DNA of 59,657 nucleotides, filler included, from 5 parts of 5 records of this genome joined end to end with filler, not necessarily neighbours in it; one strand, 5' to 3'. Shown: positions 1 to 13,113, counted from the first letter of the whole stretch. Notes: a model not told the origin generated them from the sequence alone. Program-made: numbers and translations.

Positions 1-1
1 T

Positions 2-169
2 GTAGCTCAAGTTAGAGAAAATATAGAAATTTCAAATTCTGACTCAATGCCAGTTGTTATTACTAGAAGGAATAGGCAGGAAACGGGAGAATCACTATGT
101 ATAATTAAATTAGATGATTTTTTAGAACTATATAGATTGTTACTTAAAGATAAGGAAACACAAGTTTAG
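2..169 (+). CDS. 3' fragment of a gene truncated by the window edge; possible PD-(D/E)XK Holliday-junction-resolvase-like (Hjc-type) protein
   Basis: Open frame from base 2 to TAG at 167-169: VAQVRENIEISNSDSMPVVITRRNRQETGESLCIIKLDDFLELYRLLLKDKETQV. The PVVxxRRNR...hxLDDFLxL pattern resembles C-termini of Hjc-like phage/bacterial resolvases. Not in the ORF track. Confidence 0.45.
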   Translation, partial: VAQVRENIEISNSDSMPVVITRRNRQETGESLCIIKLDDFLELYRLLLKDKETQV

Positions 170-214
170 TAATATTGCCCCAATTATGACATTTTTTTAA
201 CTCATTAAAGTATC

Positions 215-922
215 ATGGAAACAGACATATTAGAACTGAGTACCCAAGTAAATGATGAATTTACACTAATGTCACTTTTTTTTAGAGCTGACTTAGTTGT
301 TAAGTTAGTTATCTTAATGCTTTTTGCAGCCTCTATTTTTTCATGGGCAATAATAATTCAAAAGATAAAGCTTTTTAATAAGATAAAAAAATTGAGTAAT
401 AACTTTGACTCAGTTTTTTGGTCTGGAAAATCTATAAGTGAAATACAAAAAGAGTTTCAAGACGAAGAAGATTTTCCTGTTAAGAGCGTTTTTGATGAAG
501 CGGTAAAAGAAATAAAAAAGTCAGAAAGTGAAAAGAGTATTTCTTCTCTTCCAAGTCGGCTGGATACTGTAATAGAATCTTCTATAGATTTAGAAACTGA
601 AAAGTTATCAAGTATGTTTAATTACTTAGCTACTATAGGTTCAACTGCTCCATTTATAGGATTATTTGGAACAGTTTGGGGGATAATGAATTCATTCCAA
701 TCCATTGCTATTTCAAAAAATACTAGCCTTGCAGTCGTTGCCCCGGGTATTGCCGAAGCTTTATTTGCAACAGCACTTGGATTACTAGCAGCGATACCTG
801 CTGTAATTGCATATAATTTATTTACTGGCCAGGTAAACAATGAGTCAGCACGTATGTACAGATTTAAAGATCAATTCAATAATATTTTCTTGAGAGGCTT
901 GGATAAAAAGAAGGTGAATTAA
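215..922 (+). CDS. tolQ: Tol-Pal system protein TolQ
   Basis: MotA/TolQ/ExbB motifs [19 protein letters not shown] and [15 protein letters not shown]; first gene of the tol-pal cluster. Confidence 0.95.
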   Translation: METDILELSTQVNDEFTLMSLFFRADLVVKLVILMLFAASIFSWAIIIQKIKLFNKIKKLSNNFDSVFWSGKSISEIQKEFQDEEDFPVKSVFDEAVKEIKKSESEKSISSLPSRLDTVIESSIDLETEKLSSMFNYLATIGSTAPFIGLFGTVWGIMNSFQSIAISKNTSLAVVAPGIAEALFATALGLLAAIPAVIAYNLFTGQVNNESARMYRFKDQFNNIFLRGLDKKKVN

Positions 923-931
923 TTTTAATTT

Positions 932-1336
932 ATGCCTAGAAATATTAAATCTAAACCTTTTAGTGAAATAAATGTAACTCCGTTTGTCGATGTTATGTTG
1001 GTATTATTAATAATTTTTATGGTTACAGCGCCACTATTAACAGTTGGTGTACAAGTTGATCTGCCAGAAAGCAATGCAGATTCCCTTCAATCTGACAATG
1101 AGCCTTTAGAGCTAACAATATCGAAGGATGGAAATATCTATATTCAAGAAACAGAGATAAACATTAAAGAACTTATTCCAAAATTAATTGCTATCACAGA
1201 CAATAGATTAGATACAAAAATTTATGTTAGAGGCGATGAGGTAATTAATTATGGAAAAGTTATGAGAGTTCTTGGTGAGTTATCTGGATCGGGTTTTTCT
1301 AAAGTAGCCTTAATAACTAAACCTATAACTAATTAA
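932..1336 (+). CDS. tolR: Tol-Pal system protein TolR
   Basis: EINVTPFVDVMLVLLIIFMVTAP signature; follows tolQ. Confidence 0.95.
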   Translation: MPRNIKSKPFSEINVTPFVDVMLVLLIIFMVTAPLLTVGVQVDLPESNADSLQSDNEPLELTISKDGNIYIQETEINIKELIPKLIAITDNRLDTKIYVRGDEVINYGKVMRVLGELSGSGFSKVALITKPITN

Positions 1337-1354
1337 TTATGTGATGTTACGAAT

Positions 1355-2161
1355 ATGCAGTTTTCAATTATTACCTCATCACTTCTTCATGTTGGATTTA
1401 TTATTTTGACAGTTTTAGGCTTGCCTATCTTTAATTCACCAGCAATAGACATTCCTCCAGTCGTTCAAGTTGAAATATTAGAGATCACAGAAAAAACCAA
1501 TGTTCCTGAGATTAGTAAAAGAGAAGTTGAGGAAAAAAAAGATGATAATAAAAAACAAGATAATTTAAAGATTAATCAACCAATTCTTAAGCCAAAAATA
1601 GAAAAGTCTGATGAAAAGGTTAAAGATCCAGTACCTGAAGAAGAAATTATTAAGCCTGAGTTAGTTGAAAAAAAATCAATTGTAAATATGCCTGTTAAAA
1701 AACCAATTATAAAAAAGAAAGATAACTTCGACCCTTTAAAAATTGCGGAACTAATTGACATGGCCCAGGACACTAAGTCTATTGACGATGCCAAAGACGA
1801 AGAATATGAATCATTAGATTCAACTGATACTCTAGTAGATAAGCTAACATTAAGTGAAGAAGACGCCATAAGGTCACAATTTTTAAGATGTTGGAGCATA
1901 CCAATAGGAATGCCTGAAGATGATAGCTTGGTTGTAAAAGTTAAGATATCATTAAGGCAAGATGGTTCACTTATGAAGCCACCTGAAGTAACTGATCATC
2001 AGAGAATGAATACACCAAGTGAGAAATATTTTAAAGTCTTGGCAGAGAGTGCCTTAAGAGCGGTAAGAAGATGTGACCCTATTAAAACACCCTCAATAGA
2101 GAGGTATGAAGACTGGAAAACTCTTCAGCTTAATTTTGATCCAAGGGAAATTCTTAGGTAA
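1355..2161 (+). CDS. tolA: TolA/TonB-like energy transducer
   Basis: N-terminal TM with SxxLH (SSLLH), charged linker, C-terminal domain (CWSIP...SALRAVRRC...LNFDP); lies between tolR and tolB. Confidence 0.85.
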   Translation: MQFSIITSSLLHVGFIILTVLGLPIFNSPAIDIPPVVQVEILEITEKTNVPEISKREVEEKKDDNKKQDNLKINQPILKPKIEKSDEKVKDPVPEEEIIKPELVEKKSIVNMPVKKPIIKKKDNFDPLKIAELIDMAQDTKSIDDAKDEEYESLDSTDTLVDKLTLSEEDAIRSQFLRCWSIPIGMPEDDSLVVKVKISLRQDGSLMKPPEVTDHQRMNTPSEKYFKVLAESALRAVRRCDPIKTPSIERYEDWKTLQLNFDPREILR

Positions 2162-2167
2162 ATTTTT

Positions 2168-3496
2168 ATGATAAAGCAAATTCAATATATTTTAATTTTA
2201 AGCTTGTGCTTAGTAAATAATGTATTTGCATTAATAGAAATTGACATTACAGAAGGTAATAGAGAACCGTTACCAATAGCTATTTCAGATTTTTTTTATG
2301 ATGAAATAGATTCTTCTAAATTAAGTTCAATTTCAGTCAATCTTTCAAATGTTGTTAAGGCTGACTTAGAACGGTGTGGATTATTTGAACCAATAAATAA
2401 AGATGCTTTTATTCAAAACAACTCAGCAATGCACTTAAGGCCAAGATTTGAAGATTGGAGACTAATTAAGTCACAAGCATTGGTAACTGGAAAATTAAAA
2501 ATAGTAGATGGAGATAAATTAAGAGTTGAATTTAGACTATGGGACACTCTTGCAGAAAAAGAAATTGAAGCTTTAGTTCTAATTACTACTTTGGATAATT
2601 GGCGACGAATTAGCCATATGATTTCTGATAAGGTCTATGAAAGATTAACTGGAGAGAGAGGATATTTTGATACAAGAATACTTTATGTATCAGAGAGTGG
2701 TCCAAAAAATCAAAGAATAAAAAAACTAGCTATTATGGATCAAGATGGAGCAAATCATAGACATCTAACAAGTGGCAAAGAATTAGTTTTAACGCCAAGA
2801 TTCAATCCCACTAAACAAGAAATTACTTATTTATCGTATTTTAAAAATCTACCACGTGTATATTTGTTAAATATTGAAACTGGAAATCAAGAAGTAGTCG
2901 GTGATTTTCCAGGTATGACATTTGCCCCTAGATTTTCTCCTGATGGTAGTAAGATTATAATGAGTTTAGCAAAAGATGGTAATTCAGATATATACGTAAT
3001 GGATTTAAAAAGTAGAGTTGTTACTAGACTAACAACGAATTCAGCAATTGATACTTCCCCTAGTTATTCACCTGATGGAAAAAAAATCACATTTAATTCT
3101 GATCGTGGTGGTAGCCAACAAATCTATGTGATGGATAATGATGGAAGAAATCAAAAAAGAATATCAAATAAAGGTGGTAACTATGCAACACCAGTCTGGT
3201 CTCCCAGAGGAGATTTAATTGCATTTACTAAAAACTTTAAAGGTAGTTATGCAATTGGAGTAATGAGAACTAACGGTGAAGGTGAAAGACTGCTAACTGA
3301 AAATTGGTATCAAGAAGCACCATCATGGTCGCCAAATGGTAGAGTTCTTACTTTTTATAGAGAGACTCCTGCTAACGAAGCAGGACAGGGACATTCTTCA
3401 ACATTATGGTCAATAGATTTAACTGGCTTTAATGAGAGAAAAATTGACACTCCACAAGATGGATCTGATCCATCATGGTCAAATTTATTACAGTAA
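2168..3496 (+). CDS. tolB: Tol-Pal beta-propeller protein TolB
   Basis: Signal peptide, TolB N-domain, repeated PxFSPDG/PSWSPNG propeller blades. Confidence 0.96.
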   Translation: MIKQIQYILILSLCLVNNVFALIEIDITEGNREPLPIAISDFFYDEIDSSKLSSISVNLSNVVKADLERCGLFEPINKDAFIQNNSAMHLRPRFEDWRLIKSQALVTGKLKIVDGDKLRVEFRLWDTLAEKEIEALVLITTLDNWRRISHMISDKVYERLTGERGYFDTRILYVSESGPKNQRIKKLAIMDQDGANHRHLTSGKELVLTPRFNPTKQEITYLSYFKNLPRVYLLNIETGNQEVVGDFPGMTFAPRFSPDGSKIIMSLAKDGNSDIYVMDLKSRVVTRLTTNSAIDTSPSYSPDGKKITFNSDRGGSQQIYVMDNDGRNQKRISNKGGNYATPVWSPRGDLIAFTKNFKGSYAIGVMRTNGEGERLLTENWYQEAPSWSPNGRVLTFYRETPANEAGQGHSSTLWSIDLTGFNERKIDTPQDGSDPSWSNLLQ

Positions 3497-3593
3497 AACA
3501 TAAAAAATTCACTTAATTATAACTAGACTTGGAACTATTAAGTAAATAGAGTACTTAATGGGGCAATATTAAATTTTAGGAGAAAATATACAA

Positions 3594-4106
3594 ATGACTA
3601 ACAGCATTAAAACATTTGGCAATTATTTTGCTATCTTGCTATTAACATCATTTCTTGCGGCATGTGCAACAGCACCCACAGAAAATACTTCATCTACATC
3701 TACATCTTCTAGCCAAAGTCAGGTTGTTGGGGGAGTTTACGTTGGAACCGAAACTATAGAAATGTTAGCGGTAGATGTTCCAGATAGAGTTTTCTTTGCA
3801 TATGATAGTTATTCATTGGCTGCTTCAGCTCAAGCAACTTTAAACAAACAAGCAAAATGGCTTAAAGCAAACCCATCTGTTGCAATTGCAGTAGAAGGTC
3901 ATGCTGACGAAAGAGGTACTAGAGAATATAACTTAGCACTTGGAGACAGACGAGCTTCTTCTGTAAAAGATTATTTAATGAGTCAGGGTATCAGCTCTAA
4001 TAGAATAAGTACTATAAGCTATGGTAAGGAACGACCTGTTAAAAGTGGATCTAATGATACTGCATGGGCTCAGAATAGACGTTCAGTTTCAGTCAGAACA
4101 AATTAA
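3594..4106 (+). CDS. pal: Peptidoglycan-associated lipoprotein Pal
   Basis: Lipobox LAAC; OmpA-like domain EGHADERGTREYNLALGDRRA...SYGKERP...NRR. Confidence 0.96.
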   Translation: MTNSIKTFGNYFAILLLTSFLAACATAPTENTSSTSTSSSQSQVVGGVYVGTETIEMLAVDVPDRVFFAYDSYSLAASAQATLNKQAKWLKANPSVAIAVEGHADERGTREYNLALGDRRASSVKDYLMSQGISSNRISTISYGKERPVKSGSNDTAWAQNRRSVSVRTN

Positions 4107-4131
4107 TATTACAAGATTTCAAATCTAACTT

Positions 4132-4168
4132 CAGCTATTTGCCTTTATTTAGACAAATAGCTGTGTTT
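4132..4168 (+). terminator. Stem-loop after pal (terminator or mRNA stabiliser)
   Basis: CAGCTATTTG (4132-4141) / CAAATAGCTG (4154-4163) is a perfect 10-bp inverted repeat, followed by only a weak TGTTT tract. Confidence 0.55.
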
Positions 4169-4184
4169 GACTTATAAAATAAAT

Positions 4185-5159
4185 ATGAGTCACCTTATGT
4201 CTAATTTGAATACTAAAACATTTATTATAGGTTTTATTTTTTTAATTGGATTTAATTCTACAGCCAGCTCTAATTCAATTGAAGATATTATTATTAAGAT
4301 TAATACAATAGAAAATAGAATCAAAGTTTTAGAAAAAGCTACTTTTAATAAAACAAATTCCAGTCAAAGTAATTTTAATGCTAGCAATTATGATTCAATT
4401 ATTACAAAGCAATCAATTCAAATTTCTGAACTTCAAAATCAAATACAGGAATTAACAGGAAGTATAGAAGAAGTTTTATTTAGCTTGCAGACATTAATAA
4501 ATAACTTCAATAATTTTAAAGCCGACACTGAAATGAGATTTTCAGATGTTAATATAGTTTCTTCTGCTAACAATAATCAAGCAGAAGCTCCAGCAGTAAA
4601 TGAAGTTATTGACTATGACTTAGCTCCAAAAAATCTTGGAACACTTAAAATGCCTACAGATGATGACAATGATTTTTCAAGTGAACAAGAAATCACAGCA
4701 ACTATTGATCAAGAAAGTCTAATCTTAGTTGAAGATAAGAAACCTGAATTATTGATATTGCCTGAAGGCTCAGAAGTTGAACAATATAATTTCAGTATAA
4801 ACCTGCTAACATCAGGCGACTATGAAGGGGCAGAAGGTGCGCTAAAAGAGTTTATAAAAATTTCAAAAGATAATGATCTTCTATCAAATTCATTTTTTTG
4901 GCTTGCAGAAACTTATTATGTAAGAGAAAACTATAAAGATGCCGCAAAAAATTACTTATCTTTATATCAGAACCATTCAGATAGCCCTAAAGCGCCAAAC
5001 GGCCTCTTAAAGCTCGGTATTTCATTAGTAAAAATGGGACAATTAGAACAAGGATGTGCCTCATTAGCCAAATTAAGAATAAGTTATCCAGAAACAGAGC
5101 AGTCTATTTTAGATAGAGGCGATATTGAGATTAAGAGAAATGGTTGTAAAGTTAGCTAA
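4185..5159 (+). CDS. cpoB: Cell division coordinator CpoB (YbgF), coiled coil + TPR
   Basis: Follows pal; coiled-coil N-terminus and TPR C-terminus (FWLAETYY...KAPNGLLKLG...GCASL). Start uncertain (TTG 4167, ATG 4185 or 4197). Confidence 0.88.
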   Translation: MSHLMSNLNTKTFIIGFIFLIGFNSTASSNSIEDIIIKINTIENRIKVLEKATFNKTNSSQSNFNASNYDSIITKQSIQISELQNQIQELTGSIEEVLFSLQTLINNFNNFKADTEMRFSDVNIVSSANNNQAEAPAVNEVIDYDLAPKNLGTLKMPTDDDNDFSSEQEITATIDQESLILVEDKKPELLILPEGSEVEQYNFSINLLTSGDYEGAEGALKEFIKISKDNDLLSNSFFWLAETYYVRENYKDAAKNYLSLYQNHSDSPKAPNGLLKLGISLVKMGQLEQGCASLAKLRISYPETEQSILDRGDIEIKRNGCKVS

Positions 5160-6459
5160 GCCAAAAAAATCTAAAAATTTTGATCCTATATTAGAAAATG
5201 ATTTTTTTAACAGTCTTTTAAAATTTAAAATAAATGAAACAATTGCAGTAGCCGTATCTGGTGGATCGGATAGCTTGGCTCTTACTATCTTATTAAAAAA
5301 GTTTTCTATAAAAAATAATATTGAGCTAAGAGCACTAAGTATTGATCATGATTTAAGAAGTTCATCTAAAGATGAATTAAAATGGTTAGCATCCGAGCTG
5401 AAAGAAAAGAAAATAAAACATAAAATAATTAAATGGAAAAACCCTAAGCCAAACTCAAATATTCTTTCAAATGCAAGAGATAAAAGATATGAGCTTTTAC
5501 TTAAAGAATGTGAAAGATTAAATATAAGGTATCTATTTACAGGACATCATTTAGATGACCAGGTTGAGAATGTATTGCTACGACTCATTCGTGGAAGTGG
5601 AATAAAAGGACTTGGCTCCCTTCGTGAACAATTTAAATTCACAAAAAGCAAAGTCAATATTTTAAGACCTTTGTTAAGATATCCAAAAAAAAGCTTAATT
5701 TCCTTCTTAGCAACTGAAAAACAAAAATATATTATAGATCCTACTAATTTTGATACTAATTTTGATCGATCAAGAGTCCGTAAAGTATCTAGCCATCTTA
5801 TTAATGAAGGGTTAAATAATAGACGACTATTAAGCACCATAAAAAATTTAAAGAACGCGAATAATTCAATTAATTACTTGATTAATTCATCACTTAAAAG
5901 TTTTGTTAGGGTAAATAGTCGAGGAATAATTTCTATATTGCTAGAAAGATTTGTGTCACTACCAGAGGAGGTAAAATTTAGATCTATATCTAAGTTACTA
6001 AAATTTGTTGGTAAAGGCAAAAATACTCCTCGATCTAAAAATATCTTGAATGTTTTAAATAGCATATCTGAAAATAACTTTAAAAATTTAACTATAGCAG
6101 GGTGTCTGATAAAAAAGAAAAACAAACAAATACTTATACTACCTGAAGTTACTAGAAAACTAAGCACTACCAAAATTACTTCAAATAATTTTATTTGGAA
6201 TGATCAATATAAGATAATAATGGAAAATGACTTTGCAAAGGGATTATCAGTTCAATATCTTGGAGCAAATGGACTTATGACATTACCAAAAAAATATAAC
6301 AATAAATTGATGAAAGATCTTTATCCAGCTTCTTATCTAAGTTTATGGAAAGGTAAGAAACTAGTTGCAGTTCCAGACATTAACTATTTAATCAAAGATA
6401 TTAGGTCTATTAAAAAATATACTTTAATTGATATTCACCCATACTTAATGGAGAGGTGA
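5140..6459 (+). CDS. tilS: tRNA(Ile)-lysidine synthetase
   Basis: PP-loop AVSGGSDS, DHDLR, GHHLDDQVE, RPLL; conserved cpoB-tilS-ftsH order. ATG 5140 preferred over TTG 5125. Confidence 0.93.
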   Translation: MVVKLAKPKKSKNFDPILENDFFNSLLKFKINETIAVAVSGGSDSLALTILLKKFSIKNNIELRALSIDHDLRSSSKDELKWLASELKEKKIKHKIIKWKNPKPNSNILSNARDKRYELLLKECERLNIRYLFTGHHLDDQVENVLLRLIRGSGIKGLGSLREQFKFTKSKVNILRPLLRYPKKSLISFLATEKQKYIIDPTNFDTNFDRSRVRKVSSHLINEGLNNRRLLSTIKNLKNANNSINYLINSSLKSFVRVNSRGIISILLERFVSLPEEVKFRSISKLLKFVGKGKNTPRSKNILNVLNSISENNFKNLTIAGCLIKKKNKQILILPEVTRKLSTTKITSNNFIWNDQYKIIMENDFAKGLSVQYLGANGLMTLPKKYNNKLMKDLYPASYLSLWKGKKLVAVPDINYLIKDIRSIKKYTLIDIHPYLMER

Positions 6460-6557
6460 TATGTATAAGCTGTTGATTTATATTAAATATTCTGTTTACA
6501 ATAGTCCTTGTAAGTATTGAATAAGTTATTACATATATATTAATAATATTTAAAAAT

Positions 6558-8474
6558 ATGAATTTAAAAAACATAGTTCTTTGGCTATTTATTGGCTTAA
6601 TTATAATTGGATTATTCAATCTCTTTAATCCAAACTCTAATAATACAGCAAACACTCTTGACTTAACATATTCTCAATTCATAGAAAATGTTCAAACTGG
6701 ATCTGTGAATGATGTCACTATTCGAGGCAATAATATTACTGGAAATTTTTCAGATGGTAGAAAATTTAAAACTTACGCAGTAAATGATCCATCTTTAGTT
6801 GAGAAGCTAACAAACATGGGTGTAAATATTTCTGCAGCACCTCTCGATGATGGTTATCCATCTATCTTAGGAATTTTAATTTCTTGGTTCCCTATGCTTT
6901 TACTAATTGGTGTATGGATATTCTTTATGCGTCAAATGCAAGGTGGCAAAGGTGGAGCCATGGGATTTGGAAAATCAAAAGCAAAACTACTAAATGAAAA
7001 TAAAAATAAGGTCACATTCAATGACGTAGCTGGTGTAGATGAGTCAAAAGAAGAGCTAGTTGAAATTGTTGAGTTTCTTAAAGATCCTAGAAAGTTTCAA
7101 AAGCTTGGAGGTAGAATTCCAAAAGGGGCTTTGTTAGTTGGTTCACCGGGAACTGGTAAAACTTTATTAGCACGAGCAGTTGCCGGAGAGGCAGGTGTCC
7201 CTTTCTTTAGTATTTCTGGATCTGACTTTGTTGAAATGTTTGTTGGAGTAGGTGCTTCTCGTGTGCGAGATATGTTTGAACAAGGTAGAAAACATGCACC
7301 ATGTATAATATTTATAGATGAAATTGATGCTGTTGGAAGAAGTCGAGGTGCCGGTTTAGGTGGAGGGAATGATGAAAGAGAGCAAACACTTAATCAAATA
7401 TTGGTCGAGATGGATGGCTTTGACGCACAAGAAGGTGTTATCATAGTAGCTGCAACAAATAGGCCAGATGTACTTGACCCTGCATTACTCAGACCAGGAA
7501 GGTTTGATAGACAGGTTGTTGTACCAAGCCCTGATTTAGTTGGAAGAGAGGCAATATTAAAAGTTCATATGAAAAAAATTTCATATGCTCCAGATGTAAA
7601 CATTAGAACTGTTGCGAGAGGAACGCCAGGCTTCTCAGGAGCCGATCTTGCTAACCTAGTTAATGAGTCTGCTTTGCTTGCTGCAAGAAAAAATAAAAAA
7701 GTAGTCACAATGATTGATTTTGAAGAGTCTAGAGACAAGGTTGCCTTTGGTACAGAGAGAAGATCAGCCGTCATGACGGAAGATGAAATTAAACTAACTG
7801 CTTACCATGAAGCAGGTCATGCACTATGTTCTTTAAATCTTCCAGCTTCTATGCCAATTCATAAAGCAACAATTATACCACGTGGAAGAGCTCTTGGAAT
7901 GGTAATGTATTTACCAGAAAAAGATATTATTTCAGTAACCAGAGAAGAGTATGAAGCTCGAATGATAAGTGCTTTAGGTGGAAGAGTTGCAGAAGAAATA
8001 ATTTTTGGTCATGATAAAGTTACATCAGGAGCATCAAGTGATATTCAGCAAGTAACCAAAACAGCCAGAGAAATGGTTACACAATTCGGTATGAGTGAAA
8101 CCCTTGGTCCAATTCTATATGCTGAAAATGATGAGGAGGTGTTTTTAGGAAGATCTGTTCAAAAACATAAGAATGTATCTGAGGAAACTGCAAAAACTAT
8201 AGATTCTGAAATAAAAAAACTTGTTGATAAATCCTATGAAAAAACTAAAGAAATCTTAAACACAAAAATAGATGATTTGCATACATTAGCTAAAGGCTTG
8301 ATTGAATATGAGACTTTAGAGTTGGAAGAAATTAAAGAGTTATTAAAAACTGGGACTATTAATAGGGCAGATCCAGAAGATGAAATTAAGAACGCAGGGC
8401 CTTCAGTTCCAACTAGTGGAAAGTCTAAACCGGCTACAAATCAAGACTTAAAGCCTAAACCGCAAACATCTTAA
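6558..8474 (+). CDS. ftsH: ATP-dependent zinc metalloprotease FtsH
   Basis: Two TMs, Walker A GSPGTGKT, Walker [17 protein letters not shown] zinc motif. Confidence 0.98.
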   Translation: MNLKNIVLWLFIGLIIIGLFNLFNPNSNNTANTLDLTYSQFIENVQTGSVNDVTIRGNNITGNFSDGRKFKTYAVNDPSLVEKLTNMGVNISAAPLDDGYPSILGILISWFPMLLLIGVWIFFMRQMQGGKGGAMGFGKSKAKLLNENKNKVTFNDVAGVDESKEELVEIVEFLKDPRKFQKLGGRIPKGALLVGSPGTGKTLLARAVAGEAGVPFFSISGSDFVEMFVGVGASRVRDMFEQGRKHAPCIIFIDEIDAVGRSRGAGLGGGNDEREQTLNQILVEMDGFDAQEGVIIVAATNRPDVLDPALLRPGRFDRQVVVPSPDLVGREAILKVHMKKISYAPDVNIRTVARGTPGFSGADLANLVNESALLAARKNKKVVTMIDFEESRDKVAFGTERRSAVMTEDEIKLTAYHEAGHALCSLNLPASMPIHKATIIPRGRALGMVMYLPEKDIISVTREEYEARMISALGGRVAEEIIFGHDKVTSGASSDIQQVTKTAREMVTQFGMSETLGPILYAENDEEVFLGRSVQKHKNVSEETAKTIDSEIKKLVDKSYEKTKEILNTKIDDLHTLAKGLIEYETLELEEIKELLKTGTINRADPEDEIKNAGPSVPTSGKSKPATNQDLKPKPQTS

Positions 8475-8501
8475 TATTTTTCATATGACAATGGGGTGAC
8501 A

Positions 8502-9539
8502 ATGAACTTTTATGTGCGCCCAATTTTTTCTAAGCAAACTAGTGAATCTAAAGATTATAAGAAGCTTGGATCTTCAAATTTATTTTTTAATACAATTGAA
8601 ATAATTAGTAGAAATAAAAAAAAAATTAATAAAAAATTTCTAAAATTAAAAGATATTAGATCATTAGAAAAAAAAGAATTTAAAGAAGTATCAAGACAGA
8701 TAAAAGAAATCACTATTCCAAGAAAAAAAATAGCCTCAATCAAATTCGATAATCCAAAAATAATGGGGATACTTAATATTACACCAGATAGTTTCTCTGA
8801 TGGTGGAAAATTTAATACATTGGATAAAAGTACAAAATATGCAGCTCAAATGATAAAAGATGGTGCAGATATAATTGATATTGGTGGAGAATCTACAAGA
8901 CCTGGAGCCACTACAATTTCAGCTACAAAAGAAATTTCTAGAATTATTCCAACAATAAAGAAAATAAAGAATAAAAATAAAAAGATTATTATTTCACTTG
9001 ATACGCGAAAACCTGAAGTTATGAAAGTAGGAATTGAAAATAATGTAGATTTAATTAATGATGTATCTGGGTTGAGGTACAGTAATAAATCAATTGATAT
9101 TATCAAACAAAAAAAAATACCTTTTGTTTTGATGCACTCAGTTAAAAATCCTAAAACTATGCAGTCAAATATAGATTATGATGATGTACTGTTAGATGTT
9201 TATGATTTTTTTAAAAAAAAGATTGCTATATGTGAAAACCAAAGAATTGATAAAAAGTCTATAATATTAGATCCGGGAATTGGCTTTGGTAAAACAGTGA
9301 AACAAAATTTGAACTTAATAACTAATATTGCCTTACTTCACTCTTTAGGCTGTCCAGTCTTATTTGGGTCCTCAAGAAAAAGTTTTATTGGAAAACTGCA
9401 TAAAAATGCATTAGAAGAAAAAAGAATAGGTGGATCAATAGCCACAGTTATTCATGCGTTAAATCAAGGTGTACAAATTTTTCGTGTTCATGATGTTTTT
9501 GAAACTTCACAAGCAATAAAAATTTATAAAAAATTATAA
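8502..9539 (+). CDS. folP: Dihydropteroate synthase with N-terminal extension
   Basis: IMGILNITPDSFSDGG, DIGGESTRPG, DPGIGFGK, SRKSF, RVHDV motifs. Confidence 0.95.
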   Translation: MNFYVRPIFSKQTSESKDYKKLGSSNLFFNTIEIISRNKKKINKKFLKLKDIRSLEKKEFKEVSRQIKEITIPRKKIASIKFDNPKIMGILNITPDSFSDGGKFNTLDKSTKYAAQMIKDGADIIDIGGESTRPGATTISATKEISRIIPTIKKIKNKNKKIIISLDTRKPEVMKVGIENNVDLINDVSGLRYSNKSIDIIKQKKIPFVLMHSVKNPKTMQSNIDYDDVLLDVYDFFKKKIAICENQRIDKKSIILDPGIGFGKTVKQNLNLITNIALLHSLGCPVLFGSSRKSFIGKLHKNALEEKRIGGSIATVIHALNQGVQIFRVHDVFETSQAIKIYKKL

Positions 9540-9548
9540 TTTAATAAA

Positions 9549-10889
9549 ATGAAAAAAAAATATTTTGGTACAGATGGAATTCGTGCGGCTTCAAATAGCC
9601 CTAAATTAAATGGTTTAACTATGATGCGCTTAGGTATGTCTTTAGGAAAACTATTTACTAAGGGAGATCATAGGCACAGAGTTGTTATTGGAAAAGATAC
9701 AAGATTATCAGGTTATACTATTGAACAATCAATCACTTCTGGACTTTTATCAATGGGGCTAGATGTATTTTTGTTAGGTCCCATACCTACTCCAGGGGTT
9801 GCGATGCTTGCAAAATCTATGCGTGCCGATTTAGGTATTATGATTTCCGCTTCTCATAATTCATATTTAGATAATGGTATTAAAATTTTTGATAAATATG
9901 GTAATAAGTTGTCGGATAAAATAGAGCTTGATCTTGAAAGCTTGATGGATTCTAATATTGAAGAGCATCTTGTTAGCCCTGAAAAAATGGGAAGAGCCAA
10001 ACGATTAGAGGATGCTAATGCAAGATATATTGAATTTCAAAAAAATACATTTCCAAAGAAGCTTAATCTAGAAGGCCTTAAGATAGTATTAGATTGTGCA
10101 AATGGAGCCGCCTATAAATCAGCACCAATTATATTGTGGGAACTTGGTGCTGAAGTTATATCGATGGGGGTTAATCCAAATGGTCTAAACATCAATCACG
10201 AATGTGGCTCTACACATCCAGAAAATATGGCAATGCGAGTTGTAGAAGAAAAGGCTGATATTGGGATTTGTTTAGACGGTGATGGTGATAGAATAATAAT
10301 TTGTGATGAAAAAGGAAAAATTATTGATGGAGATCAAATACTTGGACTCTTAGCGCTACACTGGAAAAAATTTAATCAACTATCAACTGATTCCATAGTT
10401 GCAACATCAATGTCAAACTTTGGTTTAGAAGAAATTTTGAATAAAAATAATATTAAACTGCATAGAGCAGATGTGGGCGATAGGTATGTAAAAGAAATGA
10501 TGCTTGATGTTAATGCTAATGTTGGAGGGGAACAATCAGGTCACATAATTCTAAGAGATTTTATTGCAACAGGGGATGGCATGATAACTGCTCTTCAAGT
10601 ACTAAGAATTATTATTGAAAAAAACCAGTTACCAAGTAAAACACTTAATGTTTTTGAGCCATTGCCTCAGAAATTATTAAATTTTGATATAAGTGATGGA
10701 AGTATTCTTCAAGAAAATAAAACCAAACAAATGATCGAAAATTGTAAAGACATGCTTGGAAATGAGGGCAGAATATTTGCAAGAATGTCTGGTACCGAAT
10801 TTTTATTGAGAGTAATGATAGAGTGTAAAAATTCTTCAATTCTTGATAAGGTTATTCATGAAGTTGATTCTTTTTTTATAAAACTTTAA
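9549..10889 (+). CDS. glmM: Phosphoglucosamine mutase
   Basis: YFGTDGIR, ISASHN phosphoserine motif, DGDGDR metal loop, GGEQSGH; follows folP. Confidence 0.96.
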   Translation: MKKKYFGTDGIRAASNSPKLNGLTMMRLGMSLGKLFTKGDHRHRVVIGKDTRLSGYTIEQSITSGLLSMGLDVFLLGPIPTPGVAMLAKSMRADLGIMISASHNSYLDNGIKIFDKYGNKLSDKIELDLESLMDSNIEEHLVSPEKMGRAKRLEDANARYIEFQKNTFPKKLNLEGLKIVLDCANGAAYKSAPIILWELGAEVISMGVNPNGLNINHECGSTHPENMAMRVVEEKADIGICLDGDGDRIIICDEKGKIIDGDQILGLLALHWKKFNQLSTDSIVATSMSNFGLEEILNKNNIKLHRADVGDRYVKEMMLDVNANVGGEQSGHIILRDFIATGDGMITALQVLRIIIEKNQLPSKTLNVFEPLPQKLLNFDISDGSILQENKTKQMIENCKDMLGNEGRIFARMSGTEFLLRVMIECKNSSILDKVIHEVDSFFIKL

Positions 10890-10899
10890 AAGGCTTTAA

Positions 10900-13073
<2,174 letters not shown>

Positions 13074-13081
13074 TAGTATAC

Positions 13082-13108
13082 ATATTGGGTTTTTTAAACT
13101 TATTTCAA
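13082..13108 (-). promoter_or_regulatory. Putative sigma-32 promoter of rpoH (autoregulatory, likely leaderless transcript)
   Basis: Minus strand reads TTGAA-N14-CCCAATAT, ending 8 nt before the rpoH ATG; no Shine-Dalgarno present. Confidence 0.55.
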
Positions 13109-13113
13109 TAGGT

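Noticed and set aside
1-80. GTAGCTCAAGTTAGAG looks like a tRNA D-arm
   Set aside because: No anticodon or T-arm (GTTCGA) follows, and the stretch is part of an open reading frame.
6505-6545. Possible sigma-32 promoter upstream of ftsH (CTTG...CATATAT)
   Set aside because: Spacing does not fit the consensus, and the region is so AT-rich that chance matches are likely.
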